Source: Synechococcus sp. (GTDB lineage Bacteria > Cyanobacteriota > Cyanobacteriia > PCC-6307 > Cyanobiaceae). Taken from it: a stretch of DNA of 64,000 nt. Under the pieces are notes generated by a model. That model worked only from the letters and a program-made list of their open reading frames with translations. It was not told where the DNA came from and searched no databases. The first letter of the stretch is position 1. Each line of letters begins with the position of its first letter. Position numbers and translations under genes: made by a program. The stretch spans positions 1,280,136 through 1,344,135 of the forward strand of contig JBJBDC010000001.1 of assembly GCA_047285535.1 (NCBI GenBank), read 5' to 3'. Below are positions 1 through 9,178 of this stretch, piece by piece.

Positions 1-170
1 CGCAATCCTCCGCTGTCAGACTGCTCAACCCTGAATCGATAAGCGTTTCCAAGACCGAGCGCCTGCATGGGCTCATGGACAACAGATTCAGGCACTCCCA
101 AATCAAGGAATGCAGACAACAACATGTCCCCGGCCAGACCCGTTGGACAATCAATTACCAATGCACTCAT
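1..170 (-). CDS. larC: LarC/DUF111-family nickel insertion protein, N-terminal part (runs off window)
   Basis: Hand translation MSALVIDCPTGLAGDMLLSAFLDLGVP matches the LarC N-terminal DCxxGxAGDM motif; ATG overlaps the stop of the upstream gene; not in ORF track. Confidence 0.8.
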   Translation of the reverse strand, partial: MSALVIDCPTGLAGDMLLSAFLDLGVPESVVHEPMQALGLGNAYRFRVEQSDSGGL

Positions 171-805
171 GCCGCCTCTGGATGGAGGCCATCCAGCAAC
201 CTGTCGGCAATGGATTCAATCTGGGTGCGTCGAGAACGTAGAAGCTGTTCCACCTCTCGACGAGCCCTGCGCTGCTCTCGCTGCGCTGTTTCCGCGTCCT
301 GGCCAGAAACCCCCCACATTCGTCCCAACAGAGCCCTGTCATCTGCGCCCCCTTGAGGGGAGCCATCAAGCAGCATCTCTGCAGCCATCCCAGCCTGAAG
401 AACCCGGCTCCAGCGGCGCAAGTCTTCCAGAGACAACCGAGCACGATCGGGAAGTGCAAATTCCGTCACACCGTTACAGCGCAATCCCGCCTTAAGGCAT
501 CCACGAGTTCCAACGAGCACCCTCTTAACCACAAGGTCTTCTTCCTGCGCGACTAACCAATGACCAGCCTCGTGAAAGGCGATTCTGCGAAGTCTTTTTC
601 GCCCACCGGGAAGAGATTCGGCAAGAAGATGCCCTCCCATGCCATCGAGCTGAGAAGCATCCAAGGTGAGGCCGAGCAGAGCACCTCCTACGCCGAGGGC
701 TATCCATGCTGTCGAGAGTCCCATCAAAGGACCGAATACGGCCAAACCTGTTGCACTAGCCACCGCCACACCGGCGGTGGTGTTGAAGACGGGAGAAGAA
801 GGCAT
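167..805 (-). CDS. Conserved cyanobacterial M41-like zinc metalloprotease-domain membrane protein
   Basis: N-terminal TM segments, FHEAGH (HExxH), AGMAAE and GGADD motifs. Confidence 0.75.
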   Translation of the reverse strand: MPSSPVFNTTAGVAVASATGLAVFGPLMGLSTAWIALGVGGALLGLTLDASQLDGMGGHLLAESLPGGRKRLRRIAFHEAGHWLVAQEEDLVVKRVLVGTRGCLKAGLRCNGVTEFALPDRARLSLEDLRRWSRVLQAGMAAEMLLDGSPQGGADDRALLGRMWGVSGQDAETAQREQRRARREVEQLLRSRRTQIESIADRLLDGLHPEAA

Positions 806-1431
806 CAGGTCTTGGCAGCTCTTGGACGAGCACCTCTCTTACGAGCTCCGTCACGAGCTTTTCCTCCCCGCGTAGGCATCGGGGCGATCACTTCAACGGT
901 CTCAACGGCTAGGAGCTGTCCCTGGCGACGGACATCGAGGCTGACGAAATGGCGAAGATGCTCAATCGAAACCTCTCCTCTGAGCTGAACCTTGAACGGC
1001 AATGGGCGAAATCCATCGGCTCTGGGCAATTGCCGTACTTTCACAACGAGCTCATCGGCTTCTGGCTTCGTGAAGATCAATTCCCCGCGAATCGAGAAAA
1101 AATCATCCCCCTCAGGTAGTCGATCCTCTGAAGTATCAATGTTAGAAAGTGTGCTCGGCTCCCAGATCCCAGCAATTTGAAGGTGTAACTGGTCAGTCTC
1201 ACGGCAGCGTGGATACACCACCCAGAGATGGGGCTTTGTCATGTCGAGATGACGGCGCATCAGAGTGAGCATTCGGCCAAGAACGACAGCCTCAACTTCG
1301 GTGCCATCAGAATCAATTACGACTCCGCGGGTGAGCTGATCATCGGATTCAGGTCGATAAATGCCCCTCACTACACCGATAGCCCGGTACTGAAGGGGTT
1401 CTGTGACCGGGGAAATAGGATGGTCGCGCAT
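805..1431 (-). CDS. Conserved picocyanobacterial hypothetical protein
   Basis: Likely start MRDHPISPVTEPLQYRAIG at 1431; the longer ORF call overlaps the divergent gene. Confidence 0.75.
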   Translation of the reverse strand: MRDHPISPVTEPLQYRAIGVVRGIYRPESDDQLTRGVVIDSDGTEVEAVVLGRMLTLMRRHLDMTKPHLWVVYPRCRETDQLHLQIAGIWEPSTLSNIDTSEDRLPEGDDFFSIRGELIFTKPEADELVVKVRQLPRADGFRPLPFKVQLRGEVSIEHLRHFVSLDVRRQGQLLAVETVEVIAPMPTRGGKARDGARKRGARPRAAKT

Positions 1432-1543
1432 TTCCTGTGAGTGGCTTCCATTGGCCTCCAACGACTCTAGCCAGCTCAGGGAAATCGATTCAAAGTGGTC
1501 GCAGCACTCATAAATCAGATTGCCCGGCTTTAGCCGACCAACA

Positions 1544-2233
1544 ATGGTTCGAACTGGATTGTTGATGGGGTTAGGAGTATTCCTAGCCCTGATCACAGGC
1601 TGGTTGCTGGCCCAATCACTCCGCCCCAATCCACAGGCCAACGCCTTAAAACGGCCCCTCATCAAAAAAGAAACTTCAAGGGACCAGACCCGTCAACGAT
1701 TGGTGCAACTCATCCGCTCCCATCCAGGCGACTGGCGGTGGCGCTTTCTGTTGGCACGCATGAAGTTCCAGCAAGATGATCGTGAGGGGGCAATGCGTGA
1801 GCTCATGATCCTTCAAGCGTTGTGGCCCAATCGCCCTGAAATACAGGATCTAAAACTTTTGATGGTTGTGGGAACAGAGTCTCAGACCTCTGCCTTGAAT
1901 CAAATACTTGAGCACTTCAAGAAACAACCGAAGGGGGAAAGGCTCTCGCTTGGATTGCGCTTGGCTGATCTGCAAAGACTCACCGGCAACGACAAGGCAG
2001 CAATCGCGACCTATCGATTGCTAGCTGCAGAATCTCCCGAAAACATGCAACCTCTTCTGGCTTTGGCTTTGCTCCATCGAGAGAAAGGCCAGGTGCAGCA
2101 ATCTCAAAAGCTTTTAGTGAACTTGCGCAATCGCATATCCATCAGCAAAAAAGACAAGCAGGATCTCGATCAGATCGCCGTTCGTTGGGCCCTTGAGTCA
2201 GCCCGCGTTACTCATCGAGTTATTAATCAATAA
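1544..2233 (+). CDS. Membrane-anchored TPR-like protein
   Basis: N-terminal TM helix followed by helical TPR-like repeats. Confidence 0.6.
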   Translation: MVRTGLLMGLGVFLALITGWLLAQSLRPNPQANALKRPLIKKETSRDQTRQRLVQLIRSHPGDWRWRFLLARMKFQQDDREGAMRELMILQALWPNRPEIQDLKLLMVVGTESQTSALNQILEHFKKQPKGERLSLGLRLADLQRLTGNDKAAIATYRLLAAESPENMQPLLALALLHREKGQVQQSQKLLVNLRNRISISKKDKQDLDQIAVRWALESARVTHRVINQ

Positions 2234-2272
2234 CGGATCAAGATTCCAATCAATCTGAACTAGCCAAGCAAC

Positions 2273-2596
2273 TTAAGGAGCCGATTGGGGGGACGACTCC
2301 AAAGCCTTTAAAGCGGCATCAATGGCATCCGATGGAGGAGTGGCATCATTCATGGAATTTGCCCTCCTAAGCTGATTCAACAAATCCATAGGATTAGTGG
2401 CATCAAGCAGTGATTTCTTGTCCTGTTGGCCTGGCAGGGTCTGGAATACATCCCGCTCCGCGGGAGATTGATAATCGCTATTCAACGAGTTTTGCTGAGC
2501 CCAAGCATCAGTTCCAGGTACGAGCAAGAAAACGCTGAGGATGCCTAGAAGGAAGGGGCTCAAAGACGTAAGCGATTGCACAAGCTCATCTCCCAA
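2273..2596 (-). CDS. Conserved secreted hypothetical protein
   Basis: Signal-like N-terminus; LDATNPMDLLNQLRRANSMNDATPPSDAIDAAL motif; start uncertain. Confidence 0.65.
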   Translation of the reverse strand: MGDELVQSLTSLSPFLLGILSVFLLVPGTDAWAQQNSLNSDYQSPAERDVFQTLPGQQDKKSLLDATNPMDLLNQLRRANSMNDATPPSDAIDAALKALESSPQSAP

Positions 2597-3191
2597 GTCA
2601 ACGGGCTGATACTAATAGCCTTTACAAGACTCCGATCCTGCCGCGTCAATTGCAAGCTGGCATTCAATTTACCAACGAGACAACCAAGAACCCAGCTTTA
2701 GCAATAGATCTGAGAGAACATTAAAAGCTGTTGGACCTACTATCTGAAGCTACAAGTAGCTACAAAAGTGGCGGTCAAATAACTGGATCTATCACACCAC
2801 ACTGCTGCCTTCATGGCCATCAGCTGCTCCAAGTCATCCAGCAGTCCATCATCCGTATCAGCCACTGCCTTGCCTTGAGTAATAAGGTTACGCAGGTCTG
2901 CTTAGCAAACCGGAGGGGAAGGAGCTGGTGCTGAAGCGTTCTGTTCTGCCAGCACAGCCTTGCCCAGATCACCTAGAGCACTACTTAGAAGCTAATGCTG
3001 CCGTTTCGCACAAGCCTGTGCTTGATCAAGCACCTGGGGGTTAAGGCTGCTGCCAAAGGCTGCAGCATCAGTCCTGTTAGTGCTGAATGAGCTGGACACC
3101 GAGCGAATGCAATTAAGCGACTGGGCAACAGATAGTGACCCACATAAAAGGTCATAGCCCTCAAGGGATATAGATGAAAATGGGTCTCCAC

Positions 3192-3268
3192 AAAAAAAGA
3201 ACGGTTGCATTCTCAATGACCGTTCCTTAGGGGTGTGAGGTGAAGCGCATGCTCCCCAGCTCGCTTCA
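3192..3268 (-). ncRNA. Candidate Yfr1-like sRNA (hairpin - CCUCACACC - terminator)
   Basis: 5' stem 3241-3247/3262-3268, unpaired CCUCACACCCC, 3' stem 3199-3205/3219-3225 followed by U7. Confidence 0.55.
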
Positions 3269-4051
3269 GCATCAATATGAATGCAATTGAGTGGGTAACA
3301 GTGGATGAAGGTGAGTTCATCGCCTTTTGAACATCGCCTTACGCATCGGGAACAAACACACAGCTGGCAAAACTCTGCGCTGCAACGGACAACCCAATAG
3401 GGGCAAGAACTCTGCTTCTTGAAGACCAAGGCTTAGGGCCAGCCAGCCAGATGGTGTACGTCAATGTTTTCACGTAAAAGAGATGACCGGCTTGAAAAGC
3501 TAAGCAAAAAGCAGAGCAACGAAGTCAATAATGGCTTCATGACCTAAAGACGATGGAATCTGTGTGCACCCTCCATTTGAAACCAATGAACGTTCCTATC
3601 AGATTCCTGAATTCGTCATTAGGATTCTGAAATCTATTAACCACAAATTCCCTGAAGATTCTAAACAAAAGACAATCCTATTTCTGTTAAGCATCTTTTG
3701 ATGCTATGTCTAGGCTTGATGGCAATGTGGCTATCAACCGGTATTATTTTTGGCGCGTGAGCAAGGGGTAAGCTTTGCGTGAATCAAACCGGCAACCTTT
3801 TCGTCACCACTGACTCACTTTGACTGCATGAATTAGCTCACTTCCACGCAATTGAAAAATCCAATCGCAATCAAAAACCGCATGAGGCCATTAATCACAA
3901 CACTAGGCCCGTTTGGATCGCTGCTTTCTGTCTTGCATTTCCGCTGATTGGATTGGGTGACTTCTAGCCTTAATTATTGATGGAGATTTAAGTCTTATAT
4001 CGTTTTGCTTTTAGGAGCATGTCGCAATTTTAATTGAGACCAGATGCTGAC

Positions 4052-5317
4052 TCAATCGAGCAGCTCCATCACCCTGGCCACATCTGACCATGAAGGCCTT
4101 GTATACGCCTTTAACACCTTTGACATCCCAGACTGTGCATGTCTAGTTATTTCATAAAGGATACAAGGGGAGACACTATGAATCCCAAGCTGAGCAACAA
4201 CATGTGAACGCAAAGCACGACTCTTAATGCCATAGCGTTTCTTGCAGTTCACTGACCATCGGTGACTAAATAGCTTTAGAGAAGGATCATAAGATTTAGG
4301 AAAGACAAGCTCATGCGATGTATTCTTAATTACTTCAGGCAGCAGCTCTTCTAAAACTGCTTTTAGCTTTGAGCAAATAGGAACTTTTCGTACATCTTTT
4401 GCTCCACCTTTCAGCCTTCGTTCAATCGCTTCAGTTTGCCATTCAACAAAGCTTATCGACAATTTGGACATGTCTATGTCGCAATATCTCAAACCTTGGT
4501 GATCCGTAGCTCGACAACCTGTATAAAGTTGCAGGAAAAATCCTAGGTCTTTCAACATCAATGCTTTTTGCTTGGCTTGTTCAAGCACTAGGGGATCTAA
4601 AGATTCTTGTTTATCTGATGTCTTTAAGTTTTTCTTGAGGCCAGACCAAACATTAGTTCTAACTTCTCCTATATCAATAGCCCACGCCCAGAACGCAATT
4701 AGTGTTCCTAATTCAGTCTTGACACTAGAAGGCTTCTTTTGTTCAAGAAGATAGGCTTTGTATACAGCTGCTTGTTTTCGATCAATACCATCCAAATAGT
4801 CACTGCCGTACCACTCAGCCAACCGCTTTAAGCGTCCACGCCAAGACTGCTCTGTCGTAGCGGCTGGCTGTTCTGCTTTGAGTCGCCGGTCAATCCACAT
4901 CAGGTAGCTAGTAGAGCCCCTATGAGCAGCTTCCAGGGGCTTGCGCAGCTTCTGTCGCGCGGCAAAGGGCAATCCCTGCTTCTCAAGCTCCTCACAGCTG
5001 GAAAGAACGGAATTGATTTGATCTTCAGTGAGGCCGATGCTCTTCAGGCGTTGATCAAGACGACCAAGAAAGTTCTCGTCAACATGAGGTCCTCCGTCTT
5101 GCTCACCCGCTTGACCAATGGGATCTAAGCCACGCTTGTCTTGAAAGTGCTTGTCAATCTCGCGCAGAATTCGAGTTCTGTTGTTGAGAGCTTCAGCGTG
5201 GGTCTTACCAGCTTTCCTAACGACACTACTGGTACCCATCACCTTTCTGAGTGGGTTAGGCACAGCAACACGGATGTAGAAGCCGCTTCGGCCTGGGATA
5301 GTTGTAATGGCTCCCAT
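4052..5317 (-). CDS. Tyrosine recombinase/integrase with arm-binding N-terminus
   Basis: FYIRVAVP N-terminus, LYTGCR (catalytic R), RKVPI, RALR (HxxR position), TRH and C-terminal AY. Confidence 0.85.
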   Translation of the reverse strand: MGAITTIPGRSGFYIRVAVPNPLRKVMGTSSVVRKAGKTHAEALNNRTRILREIDKHFQDKRGLDPIGQAGEQDGGPHVDENFLGRLDQRLKSIGLTEDQINSVLSSCEELEKQGLPFAARQKLRKPLEAAHRGSTSYLMWIDRRLKAEQPAATTEQSWRGRLKRLAEWYGSDYLDGIDRKQAAVYKAYLLEQKKPSSVKTELGTLIAFWAWAIDIGEVRTNVWSGLKKNLKTSDKQESLDPLVLEQAKQKALMLKDLGFFLQLYTGCRATDHQGLRYCDIDMSKLSISFVEWQTEAIERRLKGGAKDVRKVPICSKLKAVLEELLPEVIKNTSHELVFPKSYDPSLKLFSHRWSVNCKKRYGIKSRALRSHVVAQLGIHSVSPCILYEITRHAQSGMSKVLKAYTRPSWSDVARVMELLD

Positions 5318-5401
5318 AACCAACCAGTGTATCTACAAACTGTACCTACACTGACTCCGCAGATCCCAGTTCAGCACTAGTCACAATCGTTTTCGTTCGC
5401 C

Positions 5402-6226
5402 ATGAAGATAGCCAGCTGGAATGTCAATTCAGTGCGCACTCGCCTGGATCATGTTCTGAATTGGCTTGAGCAAACGGGATCAGACCTGCTGGCATTACAA
5501 GAGACAAAAGTGGATGATCCCCAGTTTCCAATAGAGCCATTTCTCCAAAGGGGATATCAAGTTCAGATTTACGGACAAAAGGCCTACAACGGCGTTGCCC
5601 TGATCAGTCGCACACCCCTTGAAGATGTTCGTAGGGGTTTCGTGGGGGAACTGGCCGACGACAAGGAGGCGCAGTCGCTTGATTCTCAAAAGCGTGTCAT
5701 CAGCGCACTGATCGATGGCATCCGCATCGTGAATTTATACGTCCCCAATGGTTCAAGTCTGAGCTCTGATAAGTACGGCTACAAGCTCAATTGGCTGTCC
5801 TGCCTTGGGCGCTACCTCAGAGCCGTGACAACACGAGAGGAACCACTCTGCGTGATGGGAGATTTCAATATCGGTCTTGAAGCTCGAGACCTCCCTGATC
5901 CAGAACGTTTATCCGGTGGAATCATGGCCTCAGATCGTGAAAGGGATGCTTTAACGACAGCGCTTGGTCCCGATCTTCAGGATGCATTCCGACTCTTTGA
6001 ACCCAACAGTGGCCATTGGAGCTGGTGGGATTACCGCAGTGGGGCTTGGGATAGGGACCGCGGCTGGCGTATCGATCACATTTACCTCAATGAAACGCTT
6101 CGAGAGTTAGCTCGAAGCTGCTTCATCGATAAACAAGAACGAGGACGAATCCAACCCAGCGATCATGCACCTGTTCAGGTGGACCTTGCCTGGGAGTTTG
6201 AGGAGGATGAAGAGAACGAGGACTGA
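5402..6226 (+). CDS. xth: Exodeoxyribonuclease III
   Basis: IASWNVNS, LQETK, GDFN, RIDHI, SDHAPV motifs. Confidence 0.97.
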   Translation: MKIASWNVNSVRTRLDHVLNWLEQTGSDLLALQETKVDDPQFPIEPFLQRGYQVQIYGQKAYNGVALISRTPLEDVRRGFVGELADDKEAQSLDSQKRVISALIDGIRIVNLYVPNGSSLSSDKYGYKLNWLSCLGRYLRAVTTREEPLCVMGDFNIGLEARDLPDPERLSGGIMASDRERDALTTALGPDLQDAFRLFEPNSGHWSWWDYRSGAWDRDRGWRIDHIYLNETLRELARSCFIDKQERGRIQPSDHAPVQVDLAWEFEEDEENED

Positions 6227-6265
6227 TGAATGGCGTGAACGCTTTCCATTGAGAATGCGATTCGG

Positions 6266-7738
6266 TCAATACACCACAGCCTCCCCAGGAAGGGGCTTTC
6301 CTGCTTCCTGCAACTGAACGGAACGTCTCAACGATTCACCACAACTCTGAGGGGTTGGAAAAATCTTGCCTGGATTGGCTCTTCCTAGCGGATCAAACGC
6401 AAGTCGAACCCACTGCATGGTCCGCAGGTCTTCAGGGCCGAACATTTGATCGAGGTAGCAGCGCTTATCACTACCTACACCATGTTCCCCGCTGATGCTG
6501 CCGCCGACCTCGAGGCATAGATGCATGATCGCCCCACCGAGGGCCTTCACGCGTTCATTGACTCCCGGCTCAGAAGCTCGGTACAAAATCAGCGGATGAA
6601 GGTTTCCATCACCAGCGTGAAAAACATTCGCGACAACAAGTCCATGATCTGAGCTGAGCTGCTCGATGGCCTTGAGAACACGCGGTAGAGCAGTGCGTGG
6701 CACGACACCGTCTTGCAAGTAATAGCTGGGGCACTGCCTGCCAAGGGCTGAAATAGCGCTTTTACGGCCTTTCCAGAGACGGGCTCGATCCTCTTCACTC
6801 CAGGCTTCGCGAATGTCGCCCGACCCAGCGTCTCGGCAAAGTCCCTTGGCAACTATCACAGCTTCCTTAACCTCAGGTTGCTGACCATCAAGCTCAATAA
6901 GCAGCACAGCACCAGCGTCCGGCGGATACTCCTCTTCTCCAAAGGCCTCGTTCACAGCTTGAATGCAGGTTTGATCCATGATTTCCAGACCTGCTGGCAA
7001 CACACCAGCTCGGGTGATCAGCCGAACAGCCTCTCCAGCGGCCTGCATAGAAGGAAAATCTGCTAACAGCACGCCAACAGCGTCAGGGGCATGGAGCAAA
7101 CGCAATGTGATCGCCGTAGCAATTCCAAGCGTGCCCTCACTCCCGATAAAAACCCCTCGCAGATCAAGTTCAGCCGAATCACACAAGGAAGTACCCAGGC
7201 GAGTGGGTGTGCCATCCGGCAACACAACATCTAGAGCAAGAACATGATTGCTCGTGACGCCGTACTTCAAACAGTGAACACCGCCAGAGTTTTCCGCGAC
7301 ATTGCCACCGATGCTGCAGACCACCTGACTGGAGGGATCTGGAGCGTAATAAAAGCCATCACCAACGACAGCACGGCTGACCCAACTATTAATGACTCCT
7401 GGTTCCACTGTGATTGTCTGATTGTCCAGATCAATGTCGAGAATGCGCCGCATACGACTGGTCACGACAAGAAGTGCTTCTTGCTCCACCAACGCACCAC
7501 CTGACAGTCCAGTGCCGCTGCCGCGAGCGACGAAAGGAATGCCATGTCGATGGCAACACTTCAAAATGTTAACCACCTGATCAGGCGATTCCGGGAGCAC
7601 CGCGAGCTTCGGCATGTGCCTGTCCATCGTCAGACCGTCACAGTCGTAGGACAACAACTCCTGCCGCTTTGCAACAAGGGATTTGGAGGGCATGAACCCC
7701 CTCAATTCCCGCTCTAACGCTGACCAGTCGTATCGCAC
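6266..7738 (-). CDS. glcD: Glycolate dehydrogenase FAD-linked subunit
   Basis: RGSGTGLSGG, APDPSS, HAGDGNLHP, SISGEHGVG, NPGKIF; start uncertain (GTG 7738). Confidence 0.9.
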   Translation of the reverse strand: MRYDWSALERELRGFMPSKSLVAKRQELLSYDCDGLTMDRHMPKLAVLPESPDQVVNILKCCHRHGIPFVARGSGTGLSGGALVEQEALLVVTSRMRRILDIDLDNQTITVEPGVINSWVSRAVVGDGFYYAPDPSSQVVCSIGGNVAENSGGVHCLKYGVTSNHVLALDVVLPDGTPTRLGTSLCDSAELDLRGVFIGSEGTLGIATAITLRLLHAPDAVGVLLADFPSMQAAGEAVRLITRAGVLPAGLEIMDQTCIQAVNEAFGEEEYPPDAGAVLLIELDGQQPEVKEAVIVAKGLCRDAGSGDIREAWSEEDRARLWKGRKSAISALGRQCPSYYLQDGVVPRTALPRVLKAIEQLSSDHGLVVANVFHAGDGNLHPLILYRASEPGVNERVKALGGAIMHLCLEVGGSISGEHGVGSDKRCYLDQMFGPEDLRTMQWVRLAFDPLGRANPGKIFPTPQSCGESLRRSVQLQEAGKPLPGEAVVY

Positions 7739-7859
7739 TGATGGCAATCGGGACTGAATCAACCTAAGCAATTTTGTCCTCAATTCTCAGCCTTCACCTA
7801 CAGAAAAAACACATTGGGGCGATCTTGGGTCAAGATGTTGAACGGTTTGCAACTGCCCT

Positions 7860-9176
7860 TTGGCTCCCGTCCCCGTGACTGCTTCCAATCTGAACACCAG
7901 CCGCTCCCAGGCCATTTTCAGTGCTGCCAAGGCTCTGATGCCCGGTGGCGTCAGCTCACCGGTGCGTGCTTTCAAATCGGTTGGCGGACAACCAATCGTG
8001 TTTGATCGGGTCAAAGGCCCCTACGCATGGGATGTCGATGGCAATAAATATGTGGACTACATCGGCAGCTGGGGCCCAGCCATTTGCGGACACGCTCATC
8101 CAGAGGTCACGAGCGCCCTCCAAGAAGCCATTGAGAAGGGCACCAGTTTTGGCGCACCCTGCGCCTTAGAGAACACTCTTGCGGAAATGGTGATTGAGGC
8201 CGTCCCCAGCGTGGAGATGGTTCGCTTCGTCAATAGCGGCACAGAGGCTTGCATGTCGATGCTTCGCTTGATTAGAGCCTTCACAGGGCGAGACAAGATC
8301 ATCAAATTCGAGGGCTGTTATCACGGCCACGCCGACATGTTCCTCGTCAAAGCAGGCTCAGGAGTCGCGACACTTGGATTGCCTGATTCACCAGGTGTAC
8401 CGCGAAGTACTACCGCCAACACCTTGACGGCTCCTTACAACGACTTGGAATCGGTTAAGCAGCTCTTTGCTGAGAATCCCGATGCAATTGCAGGTGTAAT
8501 TCTGGAGCCGATTGTCGGTAACGCTGGATTTATCCAGCCCGAACCAGGCTTCCTTGAGGGTTTGCGTGAACTCACCAAGGAAAACGGCGCGCTTTTGGTA
8601 TTCGATGAAGTGATGACAGGATTCCGCATCAGCTACGGCGGAGCCCAAGGCCACTTTGGAGTCACTCCCGATCTAACCACAATGGGCAAAGTGATTGGAG
8701 GAGGTTTGCCAGTTGGCGCCTACGGCGGTCGCAAAGACATCATGGAAATGGTGGCTCCAGCAGGCCCGATGTATCAAGCAGGAACATTGAGTGGCAATCC
8801 TCTTGCCATGACGGCTGGAATCAAAACGCTGGAATTACTGCAACAACCAGGAACTTACGAAAAACTCACAGCAACCACCGATCGATTAATCCAGGGAATC
8901 CTGGATGCAGGTCGCGAAGCAGGACTTCCCATTACGGGGGGGAGCGTTGGAGCCATGTTCGGCTTTTTCCTGTGCGAAGGCCCAGTTCGCAATTTCGAAG
9001 AAGCAAAAGCGACAGATTCAGAGCGTTTCGGACAACTGCACCGAGCCATGCTTGAGCGCGGTGTATACCTTGCACCATCTGCCTTTGAAGCTGGCTTCAC
9101 CTCGCTTGCCCATTCCGATGAAGACATCGACACCACGATTAAGGCATTTCGCGAGAGTTTCGATGCAATCGCATAA
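7860..9176 (+). CDS. hemL: Glutamate-1-semialdehyde 2,1-aminomutase
   Basis: [41 protein letters not shown]. Confidence 0.98.
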   Translation: MAPVPVTASNLNTSRSQAIFSAAKALMPGGVSSPVRAFKSVGGQPIVFDRVKGPYAWDVDGNKYVDYIGSWGPAICGHAHPEVTSALQEAIEKGTSFGAPCALENTLAEMVIEAVPSVEMVRFVNSGTEACMSMLRLIRAFTGRDKIIKFEGCYHGHADMFLVKAGSGVATLGLPDSPGVPRSTTANTLTAPYNDLESVKQLFAENPDAIAGVILEPIVGNAGFIQPEPGFLEGLRELTKENGALLVFDEVMTGFRISYGGAQGHFGVTPDLTTMGKVIGGGLPVGAYGGRKDIMEMVAPAGPMYQAGTLSGNPLAMTAGIKTLELLQQPGTYEKLTATTDRLIQGILDAGREAGLPITGGSVGAMFGFFLCEGPVRNFEEAKATDSERFGQLHRAMLERGVYLAPSAFEAGFTSLAHSDEDIDTTIKAFRESFDAIA

Positions 9177-9178
9177 TT

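Larger units (their letters stand above)
2649..5430. mobile_element. ~2.75 kb integrase element inserted at the 5' end of xth
   Basis: Tyrosine recombinase; xth-like codons IASW at both ends (2649-2660, 5408-5419); arm-like GxAxCTAC repeats at 2733-2764 and 5329-5350. Confidence 0.7.

Noticed and set aside
2792..2803. TCACACCACAC as a second Yfr1-like motif
   Set aside because: No flanking hairpins or terminator
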